A DNA stretch of 64,000 nt from Dehalococcoidia bacterium (GTDB lineage Bacteria; Chloroflexota; Dehalococcoidia; SHYD01): contig OZ244809.1 in the NCBI GenBank assembly GCA_965220215.1, forward strand, positions 666,580 through 730,579. The letters run 5' to 3'. The notes below the pieces were generated by a model that worked only from the letters and a program-made list of their open reading frames with translations, ran no database searches and was not told where the DNA came from. A program made the position numbers and the translations under genes. This document shows positions 45,162 through 54,113 of this stretch, in pieces (within the stretch, counting starts at the first letter, position 1; the number at the start of each line of letters is the position of its first letter).

Positions 45162-45721
45162 CGACGCTCACGATCTCGCCAGTCCCCCAGTTCTTAACTT
45201 ACGTTGTCCCACGCAAACCTCGTGACAGCAGGATAGGTGTCCCGTTCACTTATGCACTCCTGGTCGAGTGTTCAGACACAAGCGGTCTAGTTCCTTCCCG
45301 GCGGGCGGTGCTGCGGAATATGCCGGCGACTCCATGCCTTCAGGGTTGATACAAGAAGGCACCAAGCCGCCTTCCGCTTTACCAGATCGAGGTCCTACTC
45401 GCTCAACGGACTGCGTTCCAGCAAGGCTTATTGTTCCGCAACCTGTCAGCACTTGGCCGGATTGAACAGTTTGCGCTCGGCGGCGGAGAGCCATACCCTG
45501 TCTGGAACCGACGCGTGAGCGCGCTATATCGTCGCTCCGCCTGGGGTGCTATAATTTAATCATCAACTCAAAGATAGTATTGCCTACCGTAGAGTTAGGC
45601 TCACTAAATACCTTCAGTGCGGAGAAGAGCAGGTGTGTAATCAGAGCCTCACCCTTAGCAGCGGGGTACAGCCCGGCACGTAAGGCCGAGAGGCCTCCTC
45701 CTGCATAGGAGAAGACGAGAC

Positions 45722-45750
45722 GGGCAGGGCAAAGACCCTGCCTTTTGTGT
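45722..45750 (+). terminator. Intrinsic-terminator-like hairpin plus U-tract 22 nt upstream of the 45772 start codon
   Basis: GGCAGGG-CAAAGA-CCCTGCC followed by TTTTGTGT. A second hairpin, AGGCCGAGAGGCCT, lies just upstream. Confidence 0.5.
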
Positions 45751-45771
45751 GCGCAGTCTGGGAGTTGTGAG

Positions 45772-46518
45772 ATGGCAACCATAAGGGAACAGATTATCGA
45801 ACGGGCATTAGAGCTTCTTAGAAGCCATCCCGACGGCATCCGCTACGCAGAACTCGTCCGAAAAGTGGTTGAGTCCGACCCATTATTCAAAAGCGCTTAT
45901 GTAGACTCAAACGTATGGAACTTACACATGCAGTTCCCCGAGAAGGTTTATAAGCCGGCAAGAGGCTTGTATAGACTGACCGAATATCGCGATCAAGGGA
46001 CTGACCAACTTAAGCCAGAACTTGTTCCTAAACCCCCACTGAAGATAAAGGAAGAGGATTTCTACGGGCCGTTCGCAGACTGGCTAGTGAACGATCTGGA
46101 AGACTGTACAAAGGCGATTCCGCTAGGCGGGGGCAAGTTCAAAGATAAATGGGGAACACCAGACGTAATTGGCAAGCGGGAGTCCAGACCAAGCGATATT
46201 CTGCAAGCGCCTACAGAAATTGTATCGGCGGAAATTAAGCTGGATACCCAGCAATTGGTAACCGCATTCGGACAAGCCTGTGCTTATCGTCTGTTTAGCC
46301 ATAAATCGTATCTAGTTGTGCCTAAAGATTCGCCCCAAGACGAAGTAGCTAGATTGGATGCGTTATGCCAAGTCTTCGGCATCGGATTGATCTTGTTTGA
46401 TGCGTCTTCCCCAGAAGACCCTGGTTTTGACATCCTTGTTCGCCCTCGTAAACAAGACCCAGAGATGTTTTACACAAACAAGTACTTGAAGCTCATTGAA
46501 AAAGAGATGTTTTCCTAG
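45772..46518 (+). CDS. Hypothetical low-GC protein: N-terminal winged-helix-like domain plus C-terminal PD-(D/E)xK-like nuclease pattern
   Basis: GC is about 48%. The N-terminus HPDGIRYAELVRKV..KPARGLYRLTE reads as a winged-helix wing. The C-terminus has DWLVNDLED ... GTPDVIGK ... IVSAEIKLD, which I read as E ... D ... ExK. Confidence 0.5.
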   Translation: MATIREQIIERALELLRSHPDGIRYAELVRKVVESDPLFKSAYVDSNVWNLHMQFPEKVYKPARGLYRLTEYRDQGTDQLKPELVPKPPLKIKEEDFYGPFADWLVNDLEDCTKAIPLGGGKFKDKWGTPDVIGKRESRPSDILQAPTEIVSAEIKLDTQQLVTAFGQACAYRLFSHKSYLVVPKDSPQDEVARLDALCQVFGIGLILFDASSPEDPGFDILVRPRKQDPEMFYTNKYLKLIEKEMFS

Positions 46519-46530
46519 TCGGAGTAACTC

Positions 46531-48987
46531 ATGGCAGAACGGTACAACCCCCAAGAGATAGAACCCAAGTGGCAGGAACGCTGGGAAGCGGAGGGCCTCT
46601 ATCGCCTCAACCCAAATCCCAGCAAACCCAAGTGGTATGCCCTCACCATGTTTCCCTACACCTCGGGCGACCTCCACTGCGGCCACTGGTACGCCATGGG
46701 CCCCTCCGACGTGCAGGCCCGCTACAAGCGCATGAAGGGCTACGACGTCTTCTTCCCGGTGGGGTTTGACGCGTTCGGGCTGCCGGCGGAGAACGCCGCC
46801 ATCTCGCGCGGCATCCACCCACAGAAGTGGACGCTGGACAACGTAGTGCGCATGCGGGGCCAGCTCCGTAGCATCGGCGCGATGTTCGACTGGGACCAGG
46901 AGATTATCACGTGCCTGCCAGAGTACTATCAGTGGAACCAATGGCTCTTCCTGCAGTTTTACAAAAAGGGCTTGGCCTATCGCGCCAAGGCTGCCGCCAA
47001 CTGGTGTCCTAGCTGCCAGACGGTGCTGGCCAACGAACAGGTAGCGGCGGACGGCACCTGCGAGCGCTGCCATACCGTCGTGACCAAGCGGGACCTGGAG
47101 CAGTGGTTCTTCCGCATCACCCAGTACGCGGACGAGCTGCTGGAGTTTGGCGATCTGGAGTGGCCCGAGCGGGTTAAGACCATGCAGACCAACTGGATCG
47201 GCAAGAGCTACGGCACCGAGATGACCTTCCCTCTGGAACGGCCAGACCTGCCTGAGAAGGAGATCCGCGTCTTCACCACCCGGCCGGACACCATCTACGG
47301 AGCGACCTTCATGGTGCTGGCCCCGGAGCATCCCCTGGTGGCGCAGCTCACCACCGCCGACAAGCAGTCAGAGGTGGACGCCTATCTGGAGGAGACCCGC
47401 CTCCGATCAGATATAGAGCGGCTCTCCACCGTGGGGGAAAAGAGCGGTGTCTTCATTGGCGCGTACTGCGTAAACCGCTTTACCGGGCAGCGCATCCCCA
47501 TATTCATTGCAGACTACGTGTTGATGCACTACGGCACCGGCGCGGTCATGGCCGTGCCCGCCCACGATACCCGTGACTTCGCCTTCGCGCAGAAGTACAG
47601 CCTGCCCATCGTGACCGTCATCGCGCCGCCGGGCTACCAGGGCGAGCCGCTGACCGAGGCGTACGTTGATCCCGGCGTCATGGTGAACTCCGGCGACTTC
47701 AACGGCCTCTCCAGCACCGAGTTTATGGACAAGGTGAAAGACTATACGGAGGCACAGGGCTGGGGCAGCCGCAAGGTGTCCTACCGGCTGCGGGACTGGC
47801 TCATCTCCCGCCAGCGATACTGGGGCACGCCCATCCCTATCATCTACTGCGACCAGTGCGGCATCGTGCCACTGCCGGATGACCAGCTCCCCGTGTTACT
47901 GCCGGAGGACGCGGAGTTCAAGCCCACGGGCGAGTCGCCGCTGAAGTACCACCAGGGCTTCTTCAACACGACCTGCCCCGACTGCGGTCGTCCCGCCACC
48001 CGTGAGACCGACACCATGGACACCTTTGTCGATTCCAGCTGGTATCAGATGCGCTACCTGAGCCCCGGCTATGATCAAGGACCCTTCGACCCAGCGGTGG
48101 CGGCAGGCTGGCATCCGGTGGACCAGTACACCGGCGGCGCAGAGCACGCTACGATGCACTTGCTCTACGCCCGCTTCTTCCACAAAGTGATACGAGACCT
48201 GGGGCTGGTAGACACGCCGGAGCCCTACCTGCGCCTGTTCAACCAAGGGCAGATCCTAGGGACAGACGGCCAGCGCATGAGCAAGTCCCGGGGCAACGTA
48301 GTTGCGCCCGATGAAAATGTCTCCAGGTACGGCACAGATACCTTCCGCGCCTACCTCATGTTCCTAGGCCCTTGGGAGCAGGGCGGCCCTTACAACACCG
48401 ACGGCATCAACGGCATCACGCGCTGGGTAGGCCGCGCGTGGACACTGGTGCTGGACACCTGGACTGCTTCACGCTCCGGCACGCCGGGCGAGACGCCATT
48501 GAAGGAGCTGCAGCGTGTCACCCACCAGACCATCCGCCGCGTGGATGAAGACCTGGCCGATTTCCGCTTCAACACCATGCTGGCTGCGCTCATGGAGTTC
48601 ACCAACTATCTGACCAAGCCGGAGACCCAGGCGCTCAGAGGCACACCGGAATGGCGCGCCGCCCTGGAATCGCTCATCCTAATGATCGCGCCCAGTACAC
48701 CTCACGTGGCAGAGGAGCTGTGGGAGCGGACCGGCCACCGTTTCAGCGTGCACCAGCAGCCGTTCCCTACCTGGGACCCCGCGCTGGTGACCAACGAAGA
48801 GATCACCCTGGTGGTGCAGGTGAACGGCAAGGTGCGGGACAAGCTCACCGTAGCCACCGGCGTGAACGAGGCCCAGGCCCGGGAGCTGGCCCTGGCATCG
48901 GACAAAGTGCAGTCGCAGCTAGACGGCAAGCAGGTGGCGCAGGTGATCTACGTGCCCGGCCGTCTTGTGAACGTGGTCGTGCGATAA
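46531..48987 (+). CDS. leuS: Leucyl-tRNA synthetase
   Basis: 818 aa with the HIGH-type motif (PYTSGDLHCGHWYAMG), KMSKS (RMSKSRGN) and the CP1 editing region. Confidence 0.95.
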   Translation: MAERYNPQEIEPKWQERWEAEGLYRLNPNPSKPKWYALTMFPYTSGDLHCGHWYAMGPSDVQARYKRMKGYDVFFPVGFDAFGLPAENAAISRGIHPQKWTLDNVVRMRGQLRSIGAMFDWDQEIITCLPEYYQWNQWLFLQFYKKGLAYRAKAAANWCPSCQTVLANEQVAADGTCERCHTVVTKRDLEQWFFRITQYADELLEFGDLEWPERVKTMQTNWIGKSYGTEMTFPLERPDLPEKEIRVFTTRPDTIYGATFMVLAPEHPLVAQLTTADKQSEVDAYLEETRLRSDIERLSTVGEKSGVFIGAYCVNRFTGQRIPIFIADYVLMHYGTGAVMAVPAHDTRDFAFAQKYSLPIVTVIAPPGYQGEPLTEAYVDPGVMVNSGDFNGLSSTEFMDKVKDYTEAQGWGSRKVSYRLRDWLISRQRYWGTPIPIIYCDQCGIVPLPDDQLPVLLPEDAEFKPTGESPLKYHQGFFNTTCPDCGRPATRETDTMDTFVDSSWYQMRYLSPGYDQGPFDPAVAAGWHPVDQYTGGAEHATMHLLYARFFHKVIRDLGLVDTPEPYLRLFNQGQILGTDGQRMSKSRGNVVAPDENVSRYGTDTFRAYLMFLGPWEQGGPYNTDGINGITRWVGRAWTLVLDTWTASRSGTPGETPLKELQRVTHQTIRRVDEDLADFRFNTMLAALMEFTNYLTKPETQALRGTPEWRAALESLILMIAPSTPHVAEELWERTGHRFSVHQQPFPTWDPALVTNEEITLVVQVNGKVRDKLTVATGVNEAQARELALASDKVQSQLDGKQVAQVIYVPGRLVNVVVR

Positions 48988-48998
48988 CTACCGCGTCC

Positions 48999-49112
48999 TG
49001 TCATCCTGATCGCTCAACGCAATTAGCACAACGGCTTTGTCATGCTGAGGAACGTCAGCGACGAAGCATCTGGCGGGGGGAGGCTGGCCTCGGGTAGCAT
49101 GGCTCTCATGAC
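48999..49112. repeat. REP/MITE-like element, copy D (left arm duplicated, degenerate right arm)
   Basis: TGTCATCCTGATCGCTCAACGC ... TGTCATGCTGAGGAACGTCAGCGACGAAGCATC ... GCTCTCATGACG, immediately after the leuS stop. Confidence 0.55.
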
Positions 49113-49324
49113 GTTAAGGCTTCACCCGTCGGTATAATGTTCATAATCTTGTTTACTACGAACCAACAACAGACATCCGAATTGCAATTGAGAGAAAAAG
49201 CAGATAATGAGGTGGACCCGGGCAGAGAAGCTACTATTGATCGCGTCAGTCAATCCAAACTGGTATGACCTAACGAGCACATTCTTCCTCACGCCGGATC
49301 TCACAGCACAGAAAGGAGCACAAC

Positions 49325-50260
49325 ATGCGAGCCGTAGTAGTTGACCCGTCTAGCGCTCAGAAACTAGTACTGCAGGAGGTAGACGCTCCGCAGCCCTTGC
49401 CAAGCGAGGCCCTGGTGAACGTCTCCGCCATCTCCCTGAACCGCGGCGAGGTGCGCAGCTCCCTGGCAGGCACCCAACCGGGCGCGCGTCCCGGATGGGA
49501 CCTGGCCGGCACGGTAGAGCAGGCCGCCTCCGATGGCACCGGCCCCCAGGTTGGGCAGCGGGTGGTCGGCATTCTGCGCACGCGGGCGTGGGCCGAGCAG
49601 GCCGCGGTGCCCACCACACAGCTTGCCTTGCTGCCTGAGGGCGTCTCTTTTGAGCAGGCCTCTACGCTGCCGGTAGCCGGACTCACCGCCCTCTACGGAC
49701 TGGGCATCGCCGGGAGTTTGCTGGCGCGCAGTGTGCTCATCACTGGCGCATCTGGCGGCGTGGGCCACCTGGCGGTGCAGCTCGCGCTGGAGTCGGGCGC
49801 ATCGGAAGTGGTCGGCACGGTGCGGCAAGAGAAGCACGCCGCAGCGGTGCAGGCCGCGGGCGCAACCAAGGTCGTGGCAGATGAGACCGGCGAGGGCGCA
49901 AAGGCTTTTGGCCCCTACCACCTGGTCTTCGACGGCGTGGGCGGCCAGACGCTCGTTAACGCCCTGCCGACCCTTGCCAGCAACGGCTACTACGTCTACT
50001 ACGGCGGCAGCGGCGGCACCTCCGCAACTATCGAGCCTATGCGCATCCCCACCCCCACAACCTTTTACCGCCTTAGCGTGTTTCAAGAGTTTGGCAAAGA
50101 GGCGGCCTCGCTGGGCCTGGCCCGCATGAGCCAGCTCATTGCAGCGGGCAAACTGAATCCCCTCATCGACCTGGAAGCGCCGTGGACGGAGATTGCTTCC
50201 GTGGCCCAGAAGCTCGTTGACCGCGCCTACCCCGGCAAGGCCGTTCTGCACGTAAATTAA
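49325..50260 (+). CDS. Zinc-type alcohol dehydrogenase / quinone oxidoreductase (MDR superfamily)
   Basis: GroES-like N-terminus and the Rossmann motif ITGASGGVGHLAVQLA. Confidence 0.8.
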   Translation: MRAVVVDPSSAQKLVLQEVDAPQPLPSEALVNVSAISLNRGEVRSSLAGTQPGARPGWDLAGTVEQAASDGTGPQVGQRVVGILRTRAWAEQAAVPTTQLALLPEGVSFEQASTLPVAGLTALYGLGIAGSLLARSVLITGASGGVGHLAVQLALESGASEVVGTVRQEKHAAAVQAAGATKVVADETGEGAKAFGPYHLVFDGVGGQTLVNALPTLASNGYYVYYGGSGGTSATIEPMRIPTPTTFYRLSVFQEFGKEAASLGLARMSQLIAAGKLNPLIDLEAPWTEIASVAQKLVDRAYPGKAVLHVN

Positions 50261-50272
50261 GAGCTACCGCCT

Positions 50273-50351
50273 GTCATGCCGAGCATAGCGAAGCATCCTG
50301 AGCAAATAAGTGAGTTCTTCGTCCTCACCTTTGGCGAGTCTTCAGAATGAC
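50273..50351. repeat. REP/MITE-like element, copy E
   Basis: GTCATGCCGAGCATAGCGAAGCATCC...GAGTTCTTCG...CTTCAGAATGAC. Confidence 0.65.
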
Positions 50352-50368
50352 ATTGCACAAGAGGCACC

Positions 50369-51190
50369 ATGACCCAACACCATAACGGCCTGGACGGCCA
50401 GTTCGCCCTCGTCTTGGGGGCATCTTCCGGCTTTGGCGGCGCGGTCGCGCTGGAGCTGGCCCGCCAGGGCATGCACATCTTCGGCGCGCACCTGGACCGC
50501 CGCGCAACGCTGCCTAACGTCGAACAAATCGTCGGTGCGATACGGTCGCTGAGCAGAGAGGCCCACTTCTTCAACGTAAACGCGGCCGATGCCGAGAAGC
50601 GTGGGGAGGTCGTCGCCGCCATCAAGGAGCGAGTGACCGCAGACCCTTCCGGCCCGCAGACGGTGAAAGTGCTGCTCCACTCTCTAGCCTTTGGCACACT
50701 GCGCCCCTATCTCTCGGAAGACCCAAAAGAGAGGCTGACACAGGCGCAGATGGAGATGACCCTGGACGTGATGGCCAACAGCCTGGTCTACTGGACCCAG
50801 GACCTGCACTTTGCCGGCCTGCTGGGAGAGGGCAGCCGCATCTACGCCATGACCAGCTCAGGCTCCACGCGAGTAGTGCCCACCTACGGCGCGGTGTCTG
50901 CGGCAAAAGCGGCGCTGGAGAGTCACATCCGGCAGCTTGCGATGGAGTTGGCTCCCATGGGCGTGACCGCGAACGCCATCCGCGCCGGTGTGACCGATAC
51001 TCCCGCGCTGCGACGCATCCCCGGCCACGAGAGCCTTATCAGCAAGGCGGAGCAGGGCAACCCCAGCGGCCGTATGACCACCCCCGAGGACATTGCACAT
51101 GCCATCGCAGTGCTAGCCAATGACGGCACACGCTGGCTTACCGGCAACGTGCTGGGCGTGGATGGCGGGGAAGACATCGCGAGCTGGTAG
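50369..51190 (+). CDS. SDR-family oxidoreductase, enoyl-ACP reductase-like (FabI/FabL-type Y-x6-K)
   Basis: LVLGASSGFGGAVALELARQG Rossmann motif and the TYGAVSAAK Y-x6-K catalytic pair. Confidence 0.6.
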   Translation: MTQHHNGLDGQFALVLGASSGFGGAVALELARQGMHIFGAHLDRRATLPNVEQIVGAIRSLSREAHFFNVNAADAEKRGEVVAAIKERVTADPSGPQTVKVLLHSLAFGTLRPYLSEDPKERLTQAQMEMTLDVMANSLVYWTQDLHFAGLLGEGSRIYAMTSSGSTRVVPTYGAVSAAKAALESHIRQLAMELAPMGVTANAIRAGVTDTPALRRIPGHESLISKAEQGNPSGRMTTPEDIAHAIAVLANDGTRWLTGNVLGVDGGEDIASW

Positions 51191-51238
51191 CGGCCACGAG
51201 GGATAGGGCAATTAGGGACAGTATGAATCAATTAAGGA

Positions 51239-51694
51239 GTGTTGTTGGTCGACCGCACTCATGAGGCAGTGAACAACGTTGAGCGTAATCGTTTGCACGC
51301 CCTCATCACCCGGCTGAGCGATGCAGAGCTGAGTCTGCACATGCCCGCGGGTTGGACGGTAGCCGCAGTGCTAGCGCATATCGGTCTTTGGGACGCGCGA
51401 GCCGTATTCTTGATTGAGAAGTGGCAACGCGGCGTTGAGCCTTCTGTTGCCGACTATGAGCCTGAAGACCTTGACTGGGTAAACGACTCGGCCAAACCGC
51501 TCTGTCTCGCGATTCCACCGCGTGATGCAGCGCTGCTCGCCCTCCGTCTCGCGGAGGAGGCTGATAGGAACATCGAAGCATTGAGTGATGAGCTGCTCGT
51601 TAAGATAAGCGCAGTCGGAAGCCCTTTTGATCTGTCACGAGCGGAACACCGCAAAGAGCACTTGGAAGACATCGAACAAGTACTGAACTCTTGA
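51239..51694 (+). CDS. DinB/YfiT-family protein
   Basis: WTVAAVLAHIGLWD... resembles a DinB_2-like four-helix bundle. Confidence 0.55.
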   Translation: MLLVDRTHEAVNNVERNRLHALITRLSDAELSLHMPAGWTVAAVLAHIGLWDARAVFLIEKWQRGVEPSVADYEPEDLDWVNDSAKPLCLAIPPRDAALLALRLAEEADRNIEALSDELLVKISAVGSPFDLSRAEHRKEHLEDIEQVLNS

Positions 51695-51733
51695 GGAAAT
51701 AGACCTCTCTAGCTACGCGGTTTTAAGAGACCC

Positions 51734-52162
51734 TTACTCCGGCGATGACGGTCGTTCCGCTGCCGGCCCCATATAGATCCACACCAGCCCATGTCGCTCT
51801 ACCATCGGATAGGAAATCGTCTTGAACGCGGCCACGTGGACCGCGCCGCCGTCGATCCGCTGGCCTTCCACATCATACTTCCAGCCGTGGAGCATGCACT
51901 GGATGCCGTCCTCCGCGTTCCGGCCTGCCGCTAGCGAGCCTCCCTCATGGGGGCAGAACGCGTCCAGCACGCCTAGCCGGCCACTGGTGTCTCGAAACAC
52001 GATCAAGTGCTCGTTAAGCACACGCAGCCGCACGGGCGGCGCGTCCGCGGCCGGCAGCTGGTCAACGGGAAGGACGGGGAGCCAGTAGCGTCGCAATGCC
52101 TTGCCAACCGGGTTGTAGCGAGTGGCCCGGCGCAGGACGGTCATTTCTTGAGCGGATAGCAC
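51734..52162 (-). CDS. Rieske [2Fe-2S] domain protein
   Basis: The CPHEGG ... CMLHGWKY Rieske CxH/CxxH boxes. Confidence 0.75.
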   Translation of the reverse strand: MLSAQEMTVLRRATRYNPVGKALRRYWLPVLPVDQLPAADAPPVRLRVLNEHLIVFRDTSGRLGVLDAFCPHEGGSLAAGRNAEDGIQCMLHGWKYDVEGQRIDGGAVHVAAFKTISYPMVERHGLVWIYMGPAAERPSSPE

Positions 52163-52331
52163 GCGTTCAGTATATCCTGCCGCCCACCCTTAAGAGCGCT
52201 CCGCCGGTCACCTTGGCGACCTCATCGCGAAGACGGGGGAGGAGGGCGCGGAAAGGCCAGGGCAAATGCCCTGGCCTACGTTCATCACTATCTCCTGGAC
52301 CTATAGGAAGGGGTCGAGATGAGGGTATCCG

Positions 52332-53528
52332 CTACTTGGCGGCGCGGGCTGCGTCGATGAGGATGGTCGCCACCTCTGGCCGGCTGTACTCCGGCGGTGG
52401 CAGCGCGCCTTCCTGGAGCATGGTGCGCACCTGGGTGCCGCTCAGGTTCACGTGATTGGCCGGATCGTGAGGGCAGGTCTTCAGCGATGCCATAGCTCCG
52501 CACGACTGGCAGTAGAAGGTGTTATCGAAGAACATGGGGGTGATACCCAACTCGGCAGGAGTGAACTCCTCGAAGATCTTCTGGGCGTCGTAGGTGCCAT
52601 AGTAGCTCCCCACGCCGGCGTGGTCCCGGCCCACAATGAAGTGGGTGCAGCCGTAGTTCTTCCGCACCATGGCGTGGAAGATGGCCTCACGCGGGCCTGC
52701 GTAGCGCATAGGAGCCGGCAGCACGGAGAGGAGGACCCTGTCCTTGGGGTAGTAGCCGTCCAAGAGCACCTGGTAGCAGCGCATCCGAACGTCCGCAGGA
52801 ATGTCGTCACTCTTGGTTTCTCCCACCAGCGGGTGCAGCAGGAGGCCATCGCAGATCTCCAGCGCGGACTTCTGGATGTACTCGTGGGCTCGGTGTACAG
52901 GGTTGCGGGTCTGGAAGCCGACGATGCGCCGCCAGCCGCGCTCCCGGAAGCTTGCGCGGGTATCGGCAGGCGTCAGGCGGTACTCCAAGAAGTCCTGGGG
53001 CACCGGCGGCGAGATGACGGTGACTTTGCCGCCCAGCAGCACATCGCCCTGGGCATAGAGCATGGTCACACCCGGATGCGCCTCCTCCTCCGTGCGGAAG
53101 ACCTGACGCGCCTCTAGGGCTTTCTCGTAACGATACTTCTCTGCAATCTCAAGCACGGCGACAATAGTCCCCGTGCCATTGGCCAACGCCAGCTCCTGGC
53201 CCTCTTTCAGGCCGGCAGCCTCCTCTTCCGAGACGGAGAGGGTGATGGGGATGCTCCACACAAGGCCGTTGGCTAGGTGCATGTGGTCACGCACCTCTTT
53301 GTAGTCATGCTCACCCATGAAGCCCTCAATGGGAGAGTAGGCCCCGTTGGCCAGAAGCTCCAAGTCCCAGGTCTCCCGGACGGCTAGCGTGTGCTTAGGA
53401 AGGGTTTTTGCCCGCTCCGCCAACGCGGCGGCATCGGTATCAGATGCCTTGCTGGAAACGAGCGTCCCGCCGTGGGGCGGGATAGCATCGGTTGCAGCTG
53501 TGGACATAGATGTAGCGGAAGCGGTCAT
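52332..53528 (-). CDS. sat: Sulfate adenylyltransferase (ATP sulfurylase)
   Basis: [12 protein letters not shown] (QTRN motif) and GRDHAGVG motifs. Confidence 0.9.
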   Translation of the reverse strand: MTASATSMSTAATDAIPPHGGTLVSSKASDTDAAALAERAKTLPKHTLAVRETWDLELLANGAYSPIEGFMGEHDYKEVRDHMHLANGLVWSIPITLSVSEEEAAGLKEGQELALANGTGTIVAVLEIAEKYRYEKALEARQVFRTEEEAHPGVTMLYAQGDVLLGGKVTVISPPVPQDFLEYRLTPADTRASFRERGWRRIVGFQTRNPVHRAHEYIQKSALEICDGLLLHPLVGETKSDDIPADVRMRCYQVLLDGYYPKDRVLLSVLPAPMRYAGPREAIFHAMVRKNYGCTHFIVGRDHAGVGSYYGTYDAQKIFEEFTPAELGITPMFFDNTFYCQSCGAMASLKTCPHDPANHVNLSGTQVRTMLQEGALPPPEYSRPEVATILIDAARAAK

Positions 53529-54085
53529 TAGGATACTCCCCCAGCCACAGTGGACGCTGCGCCTACGTAACCCAGGTCTTGCAGCTTTTGCACGATCTTT
53601 GCGGCGCTCTCGTCTATGCCCTCTTTTTCCGAGTTCACAACTACGTCAGCGTTCAAGGGCGGCTCGTAGGGGTCGGAGACACCGGTGAAGTTCTGGATCT
53701 CGCCCCGCAGAGCCTTCTCGTAGAGGCCCTTCACGTCGCGGCGGGTCAGCTCCTCGATGGAACACTCCACGTACACCTCGACGAAACGACCGATGTTCTG
53801 CCGCGCCTCGTCCCGCACGTCACGGTAGGGCGAGATGGCTGCGGTGATAGCAACCACATCATTACGAGTGAGTAGCTTTGCTACAAAGGCAATGCGCCGG
53901 ATGTTGGTGTCCCGGTCTTCTTTAGAGAAACCCAGCCCTTTGCTGAGGTTGGTGCGAACTTCATCGCCGTCCAGCACCTCAACCTTGTGACCGTATTGCA
54001 GTAACTCTTCGGTTACTTTGTTTGCCAGAGTGGACTTGCCGGCGCCCGAGAGGCCAGTGAACCAGAGGGTAAAACCTGAAGCCAT
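53528..54085 (-). CDS. cysC: Adenylylsulfate kinase
   Basis: [20 protein letters not shown] is the P-loop of APS kinase. It abuts sat. Confidence 0.9.
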   Translation of the reverse strand: MASGFTLWFTGLSGAGKSTLANKVTEELLQYGHKVEVLDGDEVRTNLSKGLGFSKEDRDTNIRRIAFVAKLLTRNDVVAITAAISPYRDVRDEARQNIGRFVEVYVECSIEELTRRDVKGLYEKALRGEIQNFTGVSDPYEPPLNADVVVNSEKEGIDESAAKIVQKLQDLGYVGAASTVAGGVS

Positions 54086-54113
54086 CTAGATGATTCCTCC
54101 CACCAATAGTTAG

